Below, piece after piece: positions 1 through 8,631 of a stretch of 64,000 nt of DNA. Position 1 is the stretch's first letter, and every line of letters starts with the position of its first letter. The position numbers and the translations under genes are program-made. The DNA comes from a virus (Duplodnaviria > Caudoviricetes). The DNA lies in the IMG/VR virus record IMGVR_UViG_3300037424_001387, positions 539 through 64,538 of that record. The stretch is one strand, 5' to 3'. A model generated the notes under the pieces. That model worked only from the letters and a program-made list of their open reading frames with translations. It was not told the DNA's origin and did no database searches.

Positions 1-110
1 CTCCTTTCACAGTCTAAGCATTCATACCATCCCCTGCCGCCGACCACATTGGAACTGTGGCAGTATGGGCAAAGGATTGCTTTAGCCAATTTGATTAACT
101 TTTTAAACAT
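1..110 (-). CDS. Small zinc-ribbon protein, truncated at window edge
   Basis: Not in ORF track. Manual translation MFKKLIKLAKAILCPYCHSSNVVGGRGWYECLDCER; CxxC...CxxC; CAGGAG RBS upstream. Confidence 0.6.
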   Translation of the reverse strand, partial: MFKKLIKLAKAILCPYCHSSNVVGGRGWYECLDCER

Positions 111-135
111 AAAAAAACTCCTGTGCTATTGAGGT

Positions 136-290
136 AAATAAAAAACCTTGCGTCCCTTGTCTCAGGCGGCGTGAGGCGGCAGGAAGGACTTTGCTTGGCA
201 GGCAAAGCGCCTAACGACCACCTGAGACAAAAAACTCAAGGTTAACTTTCTTCCTGCTTCGCCGCGTAAATCACGGGTTGCCAAACCCGT
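136..290 (-). ncRNA. C4-like antisense/attenuator RNA leader, copy 1
   Basis: Hairpin ACGGGTT-TGGC-AACCCGT (273-290); long stem 157-166/221-230 with inner loop CTGCCAA; GCAGGAAG/CTTCCTGC complementarity; U-tract. Confidence 0.6.
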
Positions 291-331
291 TGCGGTTGTG
301 ACCTATCACTCGGTCACTGATTTGACTACTC

Positions 332-360
332 ATTATACTACACCTTTGTTCTTAAGTCAA
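332..360 (-). promoter_or_regulatory. Sigma70 promoter
   Basis: TTGACT-17nt-TATAAT. Confidence 0.85.
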
Positions 361-1029
361 CTAAAAAAGAGGTTCTTGTATTTGTTCTGGTATAAATAGT
401 GGTGGTTGCGTGTTCTTTACTCTGTCCCTTGCCTTGTCTGCCACTTCTGGGTCTATCTCAAAAGCAAGATAATTCCGTCCAAGTGTTTTACATACAGCCG
501 GAACCGTCCCGCTTCCACAAAAAAAGTCAATAACTAAGTCACCTACAGATGTATTCTCTAGTAATATTTCTTTAATCAGAGCGGCCGGCTTTTGTGATGG
601 GTGTCCTGTAAAAACATCTCCGGTAAAGTTTGCCGCAACGGTTGAATTTATTAAGTAGTGCCTGTAAACCTTATATATTTCATTCCCGTTTCTCTCAAAT
701 ATTCGCTCATACATCGATCCTGCCCCGGTCTTTTTGTCCCAAATATGGATAGCTGAGTAACTTAACGGAAATTGCTGTTTTGCAGACCAAAAAACAAACT
801 GCTTACAACTAAAATCTTTTAAGAAGTCTATCCCTTGTGGTTTGTACTTGTATTTATCAGTAAGATAATCTGGATATGGAGGATCGGTTAAAATTAACTT
901 AACTGTTGAACGCGGTATAGATGCACTAAGAAACAGGGCATCACCGGTTATAATGCTGTTTACTTTATATGGGCCTATCAAAACGGCACCCGCATTTTTG
1001 CCCAGTAATTTGGGTATTGATTGCTCCAA
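361..1029 (-). CDS. DNA N4-C/N6-A methyltransferase (beta class)
   Basis: TDPPY catalytic motif precedes HPSQKP and DFFCGSGT SAM-binding motif. Confidence 0.9.
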   Translation of the reverse strand: MEQSIPKLLGKNAGAVLIGPYKVNSIITGDALFLSASIPRSTVKLILTDPPYPDYLTDKYKYKPQGIDFLKDFSCKQFVFWSAKQQFPLSYSAIHIWDKKTGAGSMYERIFERNGNEIYKVYRHYLINSTVAANFTGDVFTGHPSQKPAALIKEILLENTSVGDLVIDFFCGSGTVPAVCKTLGRNYLAFEIDPEVADKARDRVKNTQPPLFIPEQIQEPLF

Positions 1030-1988
1030 TAGTCAGCGGTTTGCGGTTTTGGTGGTTCAACTGTCTTAGTAGGCGGTGGTGCTAAACTGATACCGGCCGC
1101 CTCTGCCATTTCGAGCAGTACCCCCCGGAAGTGATCGTGTTTGTCATAGCTGCTGCCGTGCCGGCAGTAGCCCCAGGCTTCAAACACACCGCCGCCGAAT
1201 TCATCACGGAAGCTGTACCACTGCTGCCGGTCCATTGTCACGTATAGCCCGCCGTTCCCCCTCAGCTTTAACTCGCCGTTTATTTCCTCGATTTCATTGG
1301 CCTTGTTAAACTCTGTGAATACCTGTACCACATCTGACCAGATTTGCTTAACGGCTGATAGCAGGTCATCGGTTGTCGTTGCTGGCCGGGGTGGTAACTC
1401 TCTCTTTTGCTGTGGCATAGGCGGGGGTGACAATTGGTCCAGCCAGTCGATAAGTGGATCAAGTGACTCAACAACTGTTAACGATCCCTTTTGGACAAAC
1501 CGGTAACGTTTGCCTGTTGGATGTACTGAGGGTGGTGCAACTGTCTGGCAAAACCTGGCGCGGATATTAACCACTCCTAAGTCAGACTTCCAGGTACGAT
1601 TACCACGCGGGCGGCCTTGCTTTTGGTCCTGCCCAAAGTCAGGCATCTGGTTAAGCCTTAGCGGGATGTGATAGCCCTCCCCGCTCCCAGACTGCTCGAC
1701 CCGGCCAGCGAACAAATACGGGTGAATAAGCTTCAGTGAATCAAAAATACCGGCGTCGTGGTCGATGTCCAGGGCGACATAGTTCCCGCTCACCTCACCG
1801 TGTGATATCCCGATATTATACTGATGCCCGTTCCCAAACCACCCGTAGACTTCTTTTTCGGTGCTACACCGTGTATGATATTCTTCCCAGGTGGGAAGGG
1901 CTGGCTTTTTACCCTGGTATTCTACCGGGATTACGCACAACCCCTCGTTGTGGTAAAACAGGGCAGATTTAAGCGTCATTGCGTCCAT
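978..1988 (-). CDS. Bifunctional DNA primase/polymerase (Prim-Pol domain)
   Basis: VIPV..GKKP, ALDIDHD, SGSGEGYH, TVAPPSVHPTGKRY motifs; GGAGG RBS before MDAMTL. Confidence 0.85.
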   Translation of the reverse strand: MDAMTLKSALFYHNEGLCVIPVEYQGKKPALPTWEEYHTRCSTEKEVYGWFGNGHQYNIGISHGEVSGNYVALDIDHDAGIFDSLKLIHPYLFAGRVEQSGSGEGYHIPLRLNQMPDFGQDQKQGRPRGNRTWKSDLGVVNIRARFCQTVAPPSVHPTGKRYRFVQKGSLTVVESLDPLIDWLDQLSPPPMPQQKRELPPRPATTTDDLLSAVKQIWSDVVQVFTEFNKANEIEEINGELKLRGNGGLYVTMDRQQWYSFRDEFGGGVFEAWGYCRHGSSYDKHDHFRGVLLEMAEAAGISLAPPPTKTVEPPKPQTADYWSNQYPNYWAKMRVPF

Positions 1989-2061
1989 TTGTCCTCCAAT
2001 CAATCAAAAATCAGGCGTTGGTGAATGGGGTGATGTCATCGAATGCGTCCTCTGCTATTCA

Positions 2062-2664
2062 TCATCCAAATGAGGTAATATCACCAGGGTGGACCATATA
2101 GGTTATCCCGTTGTCGTAGTTTTTAACGAGATACAGATTTTGATTTACCCCGTCAAGCATAGGGGGATCATATTCTGTGTCTCCTTGCCACCACGCGCCG
2201 TAAGTATGGCCGTGATAGTATTTTCCGGTCCACTTTCTGCACCGACCAATAATTACACCTCGCCAGGTTTGCCGGTTGGTCGAATGACCTGGCTTGAAGT
2301 CCTTAAACCACATCGACCTGATAAAATCATTCGCCTTGTCACCAACAAGCTTTGTATAAATCTGGCCTCGGACACCTTTGTAAGGTGAGTGGAGATTCAA
2401 TTCTTTGAGAACCGTTTTAACCGTTTCTTCATCTAAGCCGCTATTTTTGCAAACGATTTCCAGGCCGGCCGCTTCCCATTCCTCTTTAGTGTAAGATCGT
2501 GGGTCAAGCGCATATCCAACCCGGTTGACGTAACGGGTATAGTCTACAGTTGCGCCATCGGGTAATGTTAATTTTCCGGTAGAAACCGAGTCGCGTTTGG
2601 GAACACGGTATTCTCCCTCCCTATCGGTTTCTCTGATTTCGTCAAACAAAGCAATAACTTTCAT
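2062..2664 (-). CDS. Hypothetical phage protein
   Basis: Long ORF in operon; GGAGG RBS before MKVIAL. Confidence 0.7.
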   Translation of the reverse strand: MKVIALFDEIRETDREGEYRVPKRDSVSTGKLTLPDGATVDYTRYVNRVGYALDPRSYTKEEWEAAGLEIVCKNSGLDEETVKTVLKELNLHSPYKGVRGQIYTKLVGDKANDFIRSMWFKDFKPGHSTNRQTWRGVIIGRCRKWTGKYYHGHTYGAWWQGDTEYDPPMLDGVNQNLYLVKNYDNGITYMVHPGDITSFG

Positions 2665-3036
2665 TTTTGCCTCCAATTTGCAGATTTATTCCTTTACCTT
2701 TTAGGTTCTCAAGGCACTCCACAAGGTACGCCTCATTGTGCTCTGGGTAGTCTTGCGCTTCCGATAATTCGGCATCAATCGCCTGGTGACCAAGCCGCTG
2801 CCCCCGGTAGGTTGGATCAAGCCATAATGGATCAACCCGGTATCCTCTGTATCCCATCTCCCTTACCACAAGCAGATGATACCGGACCAGCCAAGAGCGC
2901 GGATGGTCAAGACATAATTGACAGTACTATGTTTCCGCCCCCAGTCGGCCCCGCGTAGGGCGCAACATTCCCGATGTTGGCCTAGTAGCTGTAGGGGTGG
3001 AAGGGAGTCGATCAGGGATTTGTGCCAAAGTCGCAT
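2642..3036 (-). pseudogene. TIGR02328-family (pyrimidine-dimer glycosylase-like) gene split by a 1-nt deletion
   Basis: MRLWHKSLI..QLLGQHRECCALRG.DWGRKHSTVNYV then frame change at ~2909 to DHPRSWLVRYHLLVVREMGYRGY..YPEHNEAYLVECLENL. Confidence 0.8.
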
Positions 3037-3039
3037 CTA

Positions 3040-3276
3040 TTACACCAATCTTTTGATAGCATCAGCGACTAGATACCTATAATCCGGCCGCATCTCGACC
3101 AGCTTGGTAAGCAGGGTTTGATTATCTCGGATCGCCCAAAGCAAAGCGTCTTCCTCGTAGCCTGGATTGTCATCACTGGGGCCGACTGACAACTCATTCG
3201 TGAGGCGATCCCATTCCTCAAACAACGCGCCTAAAATCTGACAAAATTCATCATCGTTTAATTGCAAAGTGTTCAT
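3040..3276 (-). CDS. Hypothetical acidic protein
   Basis: ORF with GAGG RBS, tightly packed. Confidence 0.65.
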   Translation of the reverse strand: MNTLQLNDDEFCQILGALFEEWDRLTNELSVGPSDDNPGYEEDALLWAIRDNQTLLTKLVEMRPDYRYLVADAIKRLV

Positions 3277-3286
3277 TTAATCCTCA

Positions 3287-3562
3287 CTACAAACCCGCCT
3301 GGGATAAGGCCAGCGTAGCCCGGTCTTTATCCTCTGTCAGAACAGTTAGCCAGCTTGACCCGTCCCAAATTGTTTCGGCGTTCCAGTAGTGGATACCGGC
3401 AGCCTGTAGAACGGCTTCGGCCTGAGTTCGTCTGCCTCTGTTGTCGTAAAAAAACGACCAGCCGGTATCGCCGCCGTTTGATGCAACCTTAACAACCTCT
3501 TCGACGGTTTCAAAAAGCGGTGATATCCAATCAAAAATAGTTAGTGCCTGTAAGAGTCCCAT
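3287..3562 (-). CDS. Hypothetical protein
   Basis: ORF with AGGAG RBS. Confidence 0.65.
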   Translation of the reverse strand: MGLLQALTIFDWISPLFETVEEVVKVASNGGDTGWSFFYDNRGRRTQAEAVLQAAGIHYWNAETIWDGSSWLTVLTEDKDRATLALSQAGL

Positions 3563-3599
3563 TTTATCTCCTCAACTTTCGACGTAACTTGTTTTCGCC

Positions 3600-3929
3600 T
3601 CAATCCATCCGCCAGCTTAAATCAGCATCACGATCCCGCCGGAATTGTTCTAGCGCCTCTTGGCCTGAGCGCCACTGATATTCAGTCGGTTCGGAGTTGT
3701 CGTCATAGTCAGTGAAGTCCGGTTCAGGTTCGGTGTACGGCATACCGGCTATTTCTTTCCTCAGAGCGCGGGAACAAAACTGTAATGTTTCGGCTGTCGT
3801 TTTAGCTTCCTGATTGCGCCATTCGCCGGCGCAACAGAGTAAGTCTTCAAGGCGGGAAGCTTTCGTGTCCCACTTGTCGATCAACGAATGGAGCCGGTCA
3901 GTTACCGGTGTAGCGTCTTGCCAGGTCAT
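3600..3929 (-). CDS. Hypothetical protein
   Basis: ORF with GGAGG RBS. Confidence 0.65.
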   Translation of the reverse strand: MTWQDATPVTDRLHSLIDKWDTKASRLEDLLCCAGEWRNQEAKTTAETLQFCSRALRKEIAGMPYTEPEPDFTDYDDNSEPTEYQWRSGQEALEQFRRDRDADLSWRMD

Positions 3930-3949
3930 TTTATTACCTCCGGTTCCAT

Positions 3950-4144
3950 CTATCCGCGTTTAAGATTAATATGCGCCATAGCACGGCCTTTGATATACGG
4001 CGCTAATGTGTACTCTCGCCAATCACAATTTGTGTCAGTAAGTCGGCTGCAATCAATCCGAACCTGCTCCAGTTCCTCTATGGTCATCTCGGACAACTGA
4101 TCCGAAATGTAATTCGCAATCTTTAACGAAAACCTTTCAGTCAT
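3950..4144 (-). CDS. Hypothetical protein
   Basis: ORF with GGAGG RBS. Confidence 0.6.
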   Translation of the reverse strand: MTERFSLKIANYISDQLSEMTIEELEQVRIDCSRLTDTNCDWREYTLAPYIKGRAMAHINLKRG

Positions 4145-4148
4145 TTTA

Positions 4149-4340
4149 TCACCTCCCTCGCTTACTTATACCAAAAGCCTTCTTTATCAACGCCTGGGTA
4201 AAAATGATATACTTAAAATCGTCACTCTCCGACAAGGCAACCGAGACGCCGCCTTGTAATTCCCATCCGTCTGCCAGCAAGGCAAGAACCTTTTCCTGAA
4301 ACTTAATCGGGTCCTTTTCTACCACAATTGTGTAATCCAT
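4149..4340 (-). CDS. DUF1737-like small protein
   Basis: YTIVVE..KFQEKVLALLADGWELQGGVSV...QAL pattern. Confidence 0.65.
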   Translation of the reverse strand: MDYTIVVEKDPIKFQEKVLALLADGWELQGGVSVALSESDDFKYIIFTQALIKKAFGISKRGR

Positions 4341-4341
4341 T

Positions 4342-4566
4342 TTACCCCCGTAAATACTCAAGAACCTTTAACGATATGTCCACCTGCTCAAACTCCGGCT
4401 TGTAAAACCGGCGAACGGATTCACGCAAGTGCATTACCAACATAGGCTTAACGGCTGGGTTGTCGGCTATAGCCGTTATTGCGGCCAGGGCCGAGTCTTG
4501 CTCTTCAATCAGCCGGGATTGTTCCCGGTAAAGCTGCGCCATAACTTCTTTGAGTTTTTCGTCCAT
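4342..4566 (-). CDS. Hypothetical protein
   Basis: ORF with GGAGG RBS. Confidence 0.6.
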   Translation of the reverse strand: MDEKLKEVMAQLYREQSRLIEEQDSALAAITAIADNPAVKPMLVMHLRESVRRFYKPEFEQVDISLKVLEYLRG

Positions 4567-4581
4567 TTTACCCTCCGCTAG

Positions 4582-4878
4582 TTATAATGCCTGCCCTGGC
4601 GTTTGTTTATTATCCCTAAAAAATTGGTGCCATTCGCGGGCCGGCCAGAGAAAGCCGCCATCAAAAACGTAACAGTTTTTGTCGGTGTCAAAAGAAACCT
4701 GACTGATACGCTTGGCATATACCGCCCGTTCTGGGTAGCATGGCGCTGTTATCCCTGTCTTTCTCATCACAATCCTCTCCCCTCCAATTGTCCGGCATTT
4801 GAGTTCAGATGGGGATTTTAAGTAATCATCCGGCTGATTGATCTTCTTGGTCGGCAAAGGTTTTATTTGCTCTTTCAT
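4582..4878 (-). CDS. Hypothetical protein (start MKEQIK)
   Basis: GGAGG RBS before ATG at 4878; the upstream in-frame extension overlaps a structured leader. Confidence 0.6.
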   Translation of the reverse strand: MKEQIKPLPTKKINQPDDYLKSPSELKCRTIGGERIVMRKTGITAPCYPERAVYAKRISQVSFDTDKNCYVFDGGFLWPAREWHQFFRDNKQTPGQAL

Positions 4879-4895
4879 TTCACCTCCACTAAGCA

Positions 4896-5075
4896 ACAAA
4901 AAAAGCCCTTTACGTAAACCGGCCCGGACTCTAGCGGTCTTAAGTGTTTTGGCGTCACCTAAGATGTTTGGAGGCCGGCCTACGTAAAAGGCTCTTTTAT
5001 TTAATCGGGTACGTTGTAGCTGTGTCACGCTAAAGTCCTTTATATAGTCACCCCTTCCACGGGTCGCCAAACCCC
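4896..5075 (-). ncRNA. C4-like antisense/attenuator RNA leader, copy 2
   Basis: Hairpin GGGTT-TGGC-GACCC (5061-5074); long stem 4901-4923/4974-4997; inner loop ACGCCAAAA; GGACTTTAGCG/CGCTAGAGTCC pairing; U-tract. Confidence 0.6.
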
Positions 5076-5101
5076 TCGGAGGTAACTAACTGATTACTTT
5101 A

Positions 5102-5130
5102 ATTTTATCATACAAGTGGTCATTAGTCAA
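5102..5130 (-). promoter_or_regulatory. Sigma70 promoter
   Basis: TTGACT-17nt-TAAAAT. Confidence 0.8.
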
Positions 5131-5147
5131 TACCCAGGACTAGTTTA

Positions 5148-5657
5148 TCACGGCTCAATCTGTTTGTCAATGGTCCACCCGTGGCAGTCCTCAAGTTTAA
5201 TCCGGTTGAGTTCGGTCAATACGTCAAGGCTGCAATCCAGTTGCGAGAGTCGGACGATTAGGCCAAGATAAACAGCGAGTAATATGTGGATATCCATCTT
5301 TGCATCAGTGACCCATTTAAGCAACAGCGTAGCCGTTGTTGCATTTATCCCGGTGATTGTTTCCAGTTCGGTTAGACTCAGTGGATCGTCACTGTCTATC
5401 CCTATATCGGCTATCGCTAGACCGTTAAGATGGGCCACAATGCGGATATAGTAAAACAGGTCGCCCAATTCGTCCAAGAATTGCGCCCGGCTACACCGCC
5501 GGCCTGTCTTGAACAAGTGCTTCTTGTATTGGTCAACGATCTCCCCCGCTTCACCGGCCAGGCCCAAGAGCGCGTGGAGGATGTCCATATCACGATCCCC
5601 GGTTGTTTGCCAGGTCCGAAGGGCGATAAGCTGATAACGATCTGGTTTATAAGTCAC
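5148..5657 (-). CDS. MazG-like NTP pyrophosphohydrolase
   Basis: LHALLGLAGEAGEIVDQYKK..LDELGDLFYY (EE..E..D acidic motif). Confidence 0.85.
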   Translation of the reverse strand: MTYKPDRYQLIALRTWQTTGDRDMDILHALLGLAGEAGEIVDQYKKHLFKTGRRCSRAQFLDELGDLFYYIRIVAHLNGLAIADIGIDSDDPLSLTELETITGINATTATLLLKWVTDAKMDIHILLAVYLGLIVRLSQLDCSLDVLTELNRIKLEDCHGWTIDKQIEP

Positions 5658-5935
5658 GGTTTAGCCTCTCTTATTATTCTGCAAGCTTCAATCACCGCCG
5701 CCGCCCCTTGTTTGCCCAGGACATCGGCATAAATCAGGTCATTATACATTTGGTCGAGTTCGGACAACGACTCGTCAATTTGTTGTAATTTGGCATACAA
5801 TTCGATCACAACCGGGTCATCATCTGCCAATGCCCGAACGGGGATACTACACGCCAGTTCAAAACGGTCCCGGCGCAGTTGGCTGATTGCTCTTTGAACG
5901 GTTAATGGGGTCACTGTCCTTCTCCTAAATACCAA
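5654..5935 (-). CDS. Hypothetical protein
   Basis: ORF overlapping both neighbours; true start uncertain. Confidence 0.55.
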   Translation of the reverse strand: MVFRRRTVTPLTVQRAISQLRRDRFELACSIPVRALADDDPVVIELYAKLQQIDESLSELDQMYNDLIYADVLGKQGAAAVIEACRIIREAKP

Positions 5936-6303
5936 TCTATTGCTTTTTTCACTTCATCAAAGCCGCAAACAAAAATAGCAAAATATCCCTCGGCAATAAG
6001 CCGGTTAAGAATAACCTGTTGCTCTTGTATGTGCTGATCTTTTCGAAGCTGCCAGGTTTTTGTATAAGCTTCGTCACTGTTTATTTTTAGCTCACAGAAT
6101 AAGCCGTGATAGCCCCGTCTTGCAACGGCAATGAACAAATCAGGATAGCCCCGGCTTTCCTGAATCGCCTTAGCCTTTTTGGCCTGACCGATTGTCAATC
6201 GGATGCCGCTCAGGTCAGAATGGAACAATACACCTGGGTAGTGTTCTCTCAGATATTTTGCCACTTCGCATTGTAATGCGTATTCAAGCTGTGACTTGCT
6301 CAT
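5911..6303 (-). CDS. VRR-NUC-like nuclease / Holliday junction resolvase
   Basis: E..LQ, GYPDLFI...GLFCELK (PD-(D/E)xK), Q..L...GY. Confidence 0.8.
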   Translation of the reverse strand: MSKSQLEYALQCEVAKYLREHYPGVLFHSDLSGIRLTIGQAKKAKAIQESRGYPDLFIAVARRGYHGLFCELKINSDEAYTKTWQLRKDQHIQEQQVILNRLIAEGYFAIFVCGFDEVKKAIDWYLGEGQ

Positions 6304-6580
6304 TTTTTACCTCACCTTGTGCGATTTTTGACAATTCAAGCTTGTACTTTTCAACGTCGATGACCTGTTCGCCTTTAACAATGACGATGACACTGCTAAC
6401 TATCCTGTCTGCCTTTTTTAAGGCAACCATTGGTGTTTGCCGAAGTCGCCATATGGCGTAATCACGCAAACACCGAGGCGGGTAAAGAAATTCCTTCAGG
6501 AACGACTCGTTTTCCTGACTCGTCTCGCATATGATTTCCGATAGTGGACAATGTAGGCAAACCTTGGTTCCCGGTGTCAT
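6284..6580 (-). CDS. Hypothetical Cys-containing protein
   Basis: CLHCPLSEIIC motif; coupled overlaps with neighbours. Confidence 0.6.
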   Translation of the reverse strand: MTPGTKVCLHCPLSEIICETSQENESFLKEFLYPPRCLRDYAIWRLRQTPMVALKKADRIVSSVIVIVKGEQVIDVEKYKLELSKIAQGEVKNEQVTA

Positions 6581-6663
6581 TTATCCCCCCAAGCAATTGC
6601 ACAACTAACAATTAACAACAGAGCCACTATTGCTATAATTGATACTGCTACATATTCTGGCAT
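6577..6663 (-). CDS. 28-aa single-TM peptide
   Basis: Not in track. MPEYVAVSIIAIVALLLIVSCAIAWGDK; GGAGG RBS; ATGA overlap with next gene. Confidence 0.55.
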   Translation of the reverse strand: MPEYVAVSIIAIVALLLIVSCAIAWGDK

Positions 6664-6775
6664 TTTTCCTCCGCTTGTTGCATAATCTATAAATGTGTGG
6701 TACATTATGGGGGAGCCTTGTACCTTTTCCCTCCGCGAGAGACCCGGCGTTATTTTTCCCCCGCCGGGTCTTTTG

Positions 6776-7594
6776 CTACCGCTTGATTGTCAACCGCCTT
6801 TCGCCCACGTTGACGATGAGCACATTTTCTGCTTGAGCAGAAAGTCCACCGTCTCTAATCCTCAGCAATTCGTCAAGGATTAGGTTTAGTTCTTTCACCC
6901 GCCCAATCTGCCACAAATCGAGTAATGAATTGAGCAGGTCAAACAGTTGACCGGTTGCCGGTCGTTGGAATGTTGAGACGGCCCGTTCGACTATCCGGGC
7001 TGCTTCGGCGGGTAGTTCTGGTAGCATCGCTTGCAGTTCTTGCCCGGCCTGTTCGTATTCGGCAAGCCGGGCAAGATTGGCTAGATTCTCCTGTTGTAGT
7101 TGGTGGTTGGCCTGTTGTAGATCAAATATCCGGTCATCGGTTGTTGCCAGTAAGACTTCATTTCTTGTAGGTAAAAGCGCATCAAAGGCTTTACCTCTCA
7201 GGCCATTCTCGGATGCGTGTACTAACACTTTCCACCGTTCAACCGGGTCTTTTATCTTCAAGGCTTTTAAGTAATGCGTAAATTTTAAGCCCTGCAATTC
7301 CCTTTCATCTTTGGGGTACTGGCCTGCAACCCATTTCCAGTTGGCTACAGTCTGGTAATCCCGCCCTGTCAATTCCATTGCCTGAGAGTAACTTTCGCCA
7401 TAGCGAGACTCGCCCTCGTTCAGCAAGTCACCCCAGCACCAGGCGATGGATGTTTCAATCTTGTCTTGGAATTGTTTTAGCGTCCAGGCAGCGTCCCACC
7501 ATTCTTGAAATGAGCAGGCCCCGGTTATTGTGGCCCCGGTTGGGGTAAAGGTTACTGTTCGGGTTGATGCGAGGATTGTTAGGTCGTTTGTCAT
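6776..7594 (-). CDS. LmbU-like DNA-binding protein with coiled coil
   Basis: WCWGDLLNEGESRYGESY...YQTVANWKWVA...R...LKFTHY resembles the LmbU-family motif. Confidence 0.6.
   Translation of the reverse strand: MTNDLTILASTRTVTFTPTGATITGACSFQEWWDAAWTLKQFQDKIETSIAWCWGDLLNEGESRYGESYSQAMELTGRDYQTVANWKWVAGQYPKDERELQGLKFTHYLKALKIKDPVERWKVLVHASENGLRGKAFDALLPTRNEVLLATTDDRIFDLQQANHQLQQENLANLARLAEYEQAGQELQAMLPELPAEAARIVERAVSTFQRPATGQLFDLLNSLLDLWQIGRVKELNLILDELLRIRDGGLSAQAENVLIVNVGERRLTIKR
6824..6846. repeat. 23-bp palindromic element, copy 1
   Basis: ATTTTCTGCTTGAGCAGAAAGTC, exact reverse complement of 48148-48170. Confidence 0.85.
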
Positions 7595-7653
7595 TTTACC
7601 TCAGTAAAAAGACACGGGGTCAACCTGTTGCCAAGCCAGCCCGTGTGATAATG

Positions 7654-8631
7654 TTATTCGGTTGGTTCGGTGTCCGATACAGGCAAAGCTTCTGCCTCAT
7701 TGGTCAATCTTGCCGCCTCTGCTTCCAATGACAGGAGCAACTCTTTGGCCTCATTGGCGCGGGCAGGTTCCCATCCGGTAATACTCAATTCTTCCTTTAT
7801 AAGTTTACCAAGATAGGCCCCCGCTTCTTTGTCCGATTTACCGGCGATCAATGACGGCACTTGATTCTTGACGATCCGGTAAAACTCACTCCAATCAGGG
7901 AGCCAGGCATATTCCTTCCCGGAATTGAGCCAACTCATAATTGGGGGCATCAACTCAGGACCGGGCCGGTTCCCGCGCCAACCATCCAAAGCCCGCATAC
8001 GGGTTACTAAAGTAGCGTTGTGGGCCTGGTCCATTGACAACTCAAAATCATACCGATAGGGTACATTCCCCCGCTGAACCGGAGCCAAACCAACCCTCTC
8101 GACCTTCTGCTTTCGTCGGCCACTGGATTCATCCTCAGTGATGAGGTAGTCCATCTTGCTTCTCATTGTGGCGATGATATGGACCGGTGCTTTTTCGATC
8201 AGGTCCATTAGTTTGTTATGCTCCGGGGTAACTGTTGCCCAATCGTTAAACCGCCCCCCTAACTGAGAATGCCAATCGAGCGCCCCACCTTCCCCTTCCC
8301 ATTCATCGGAAAGGGAGTCTACAATGAGAACATCGGCCCCATATGAGACGGCCATTTCAATTGCCGCCCGGTAACGGGCAATGGAATAAGGCGGGTTGAG
8401 ACGGATCGTTTTCCATTTCCAGGTTTTGCCGTCTACGGATTCGCCGTCATACAACGACGCCCGCCCATTCTCGGTATCGATTAAAATGATATTACTTGAA
8501 ATACTAAAGGCCAGCCTTAACGCCGTGAACGTTTTGCCGCCCTTTGTTGGTGCCGATATGCACATTCTGAGAAAGTTTTGCTCTTTCTCGGAATCCGCAA
8601 TAACCAAGTCGTCAAATTTCATAACGCTCAT
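7654..8631 (-). CDS. AAA ATPase, Sak4-like recombinase (AAA_24)
   Basis: APTKGGKT Walker A, IDTENG, LIVDSLS Walker B, VHIIATMRSK. Confidence 0.85.
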   Translation of the reverse strand: MSVMKFDDLVIADSEKEQNFLRMCISAPTKGGKTFTALRLAFSISSNIILIDTENGRASLYDGESVDGKTWKWKTIRLNPPYSIARYRAAIEMAVSYGADVLIVDSLSDEWEGEGGALDWHSQLGGRFNDWATVTPEHNKLMDLIEKAPVHIIATMRSKMDYLITEDESSGRRKQKVERVGLAPVQRGNVPYRYDFELSMDQAHNATLVTRMRALDGWRGNRPGPELMPPIMSWLNSGKEYAWLPDWSEFYRIVKNQVPSLIAGKSDKEAGAYLGKLIKEELSITGWEPARANEAKELLLSLEAEAARLTNEAEALPVSDTEPTE

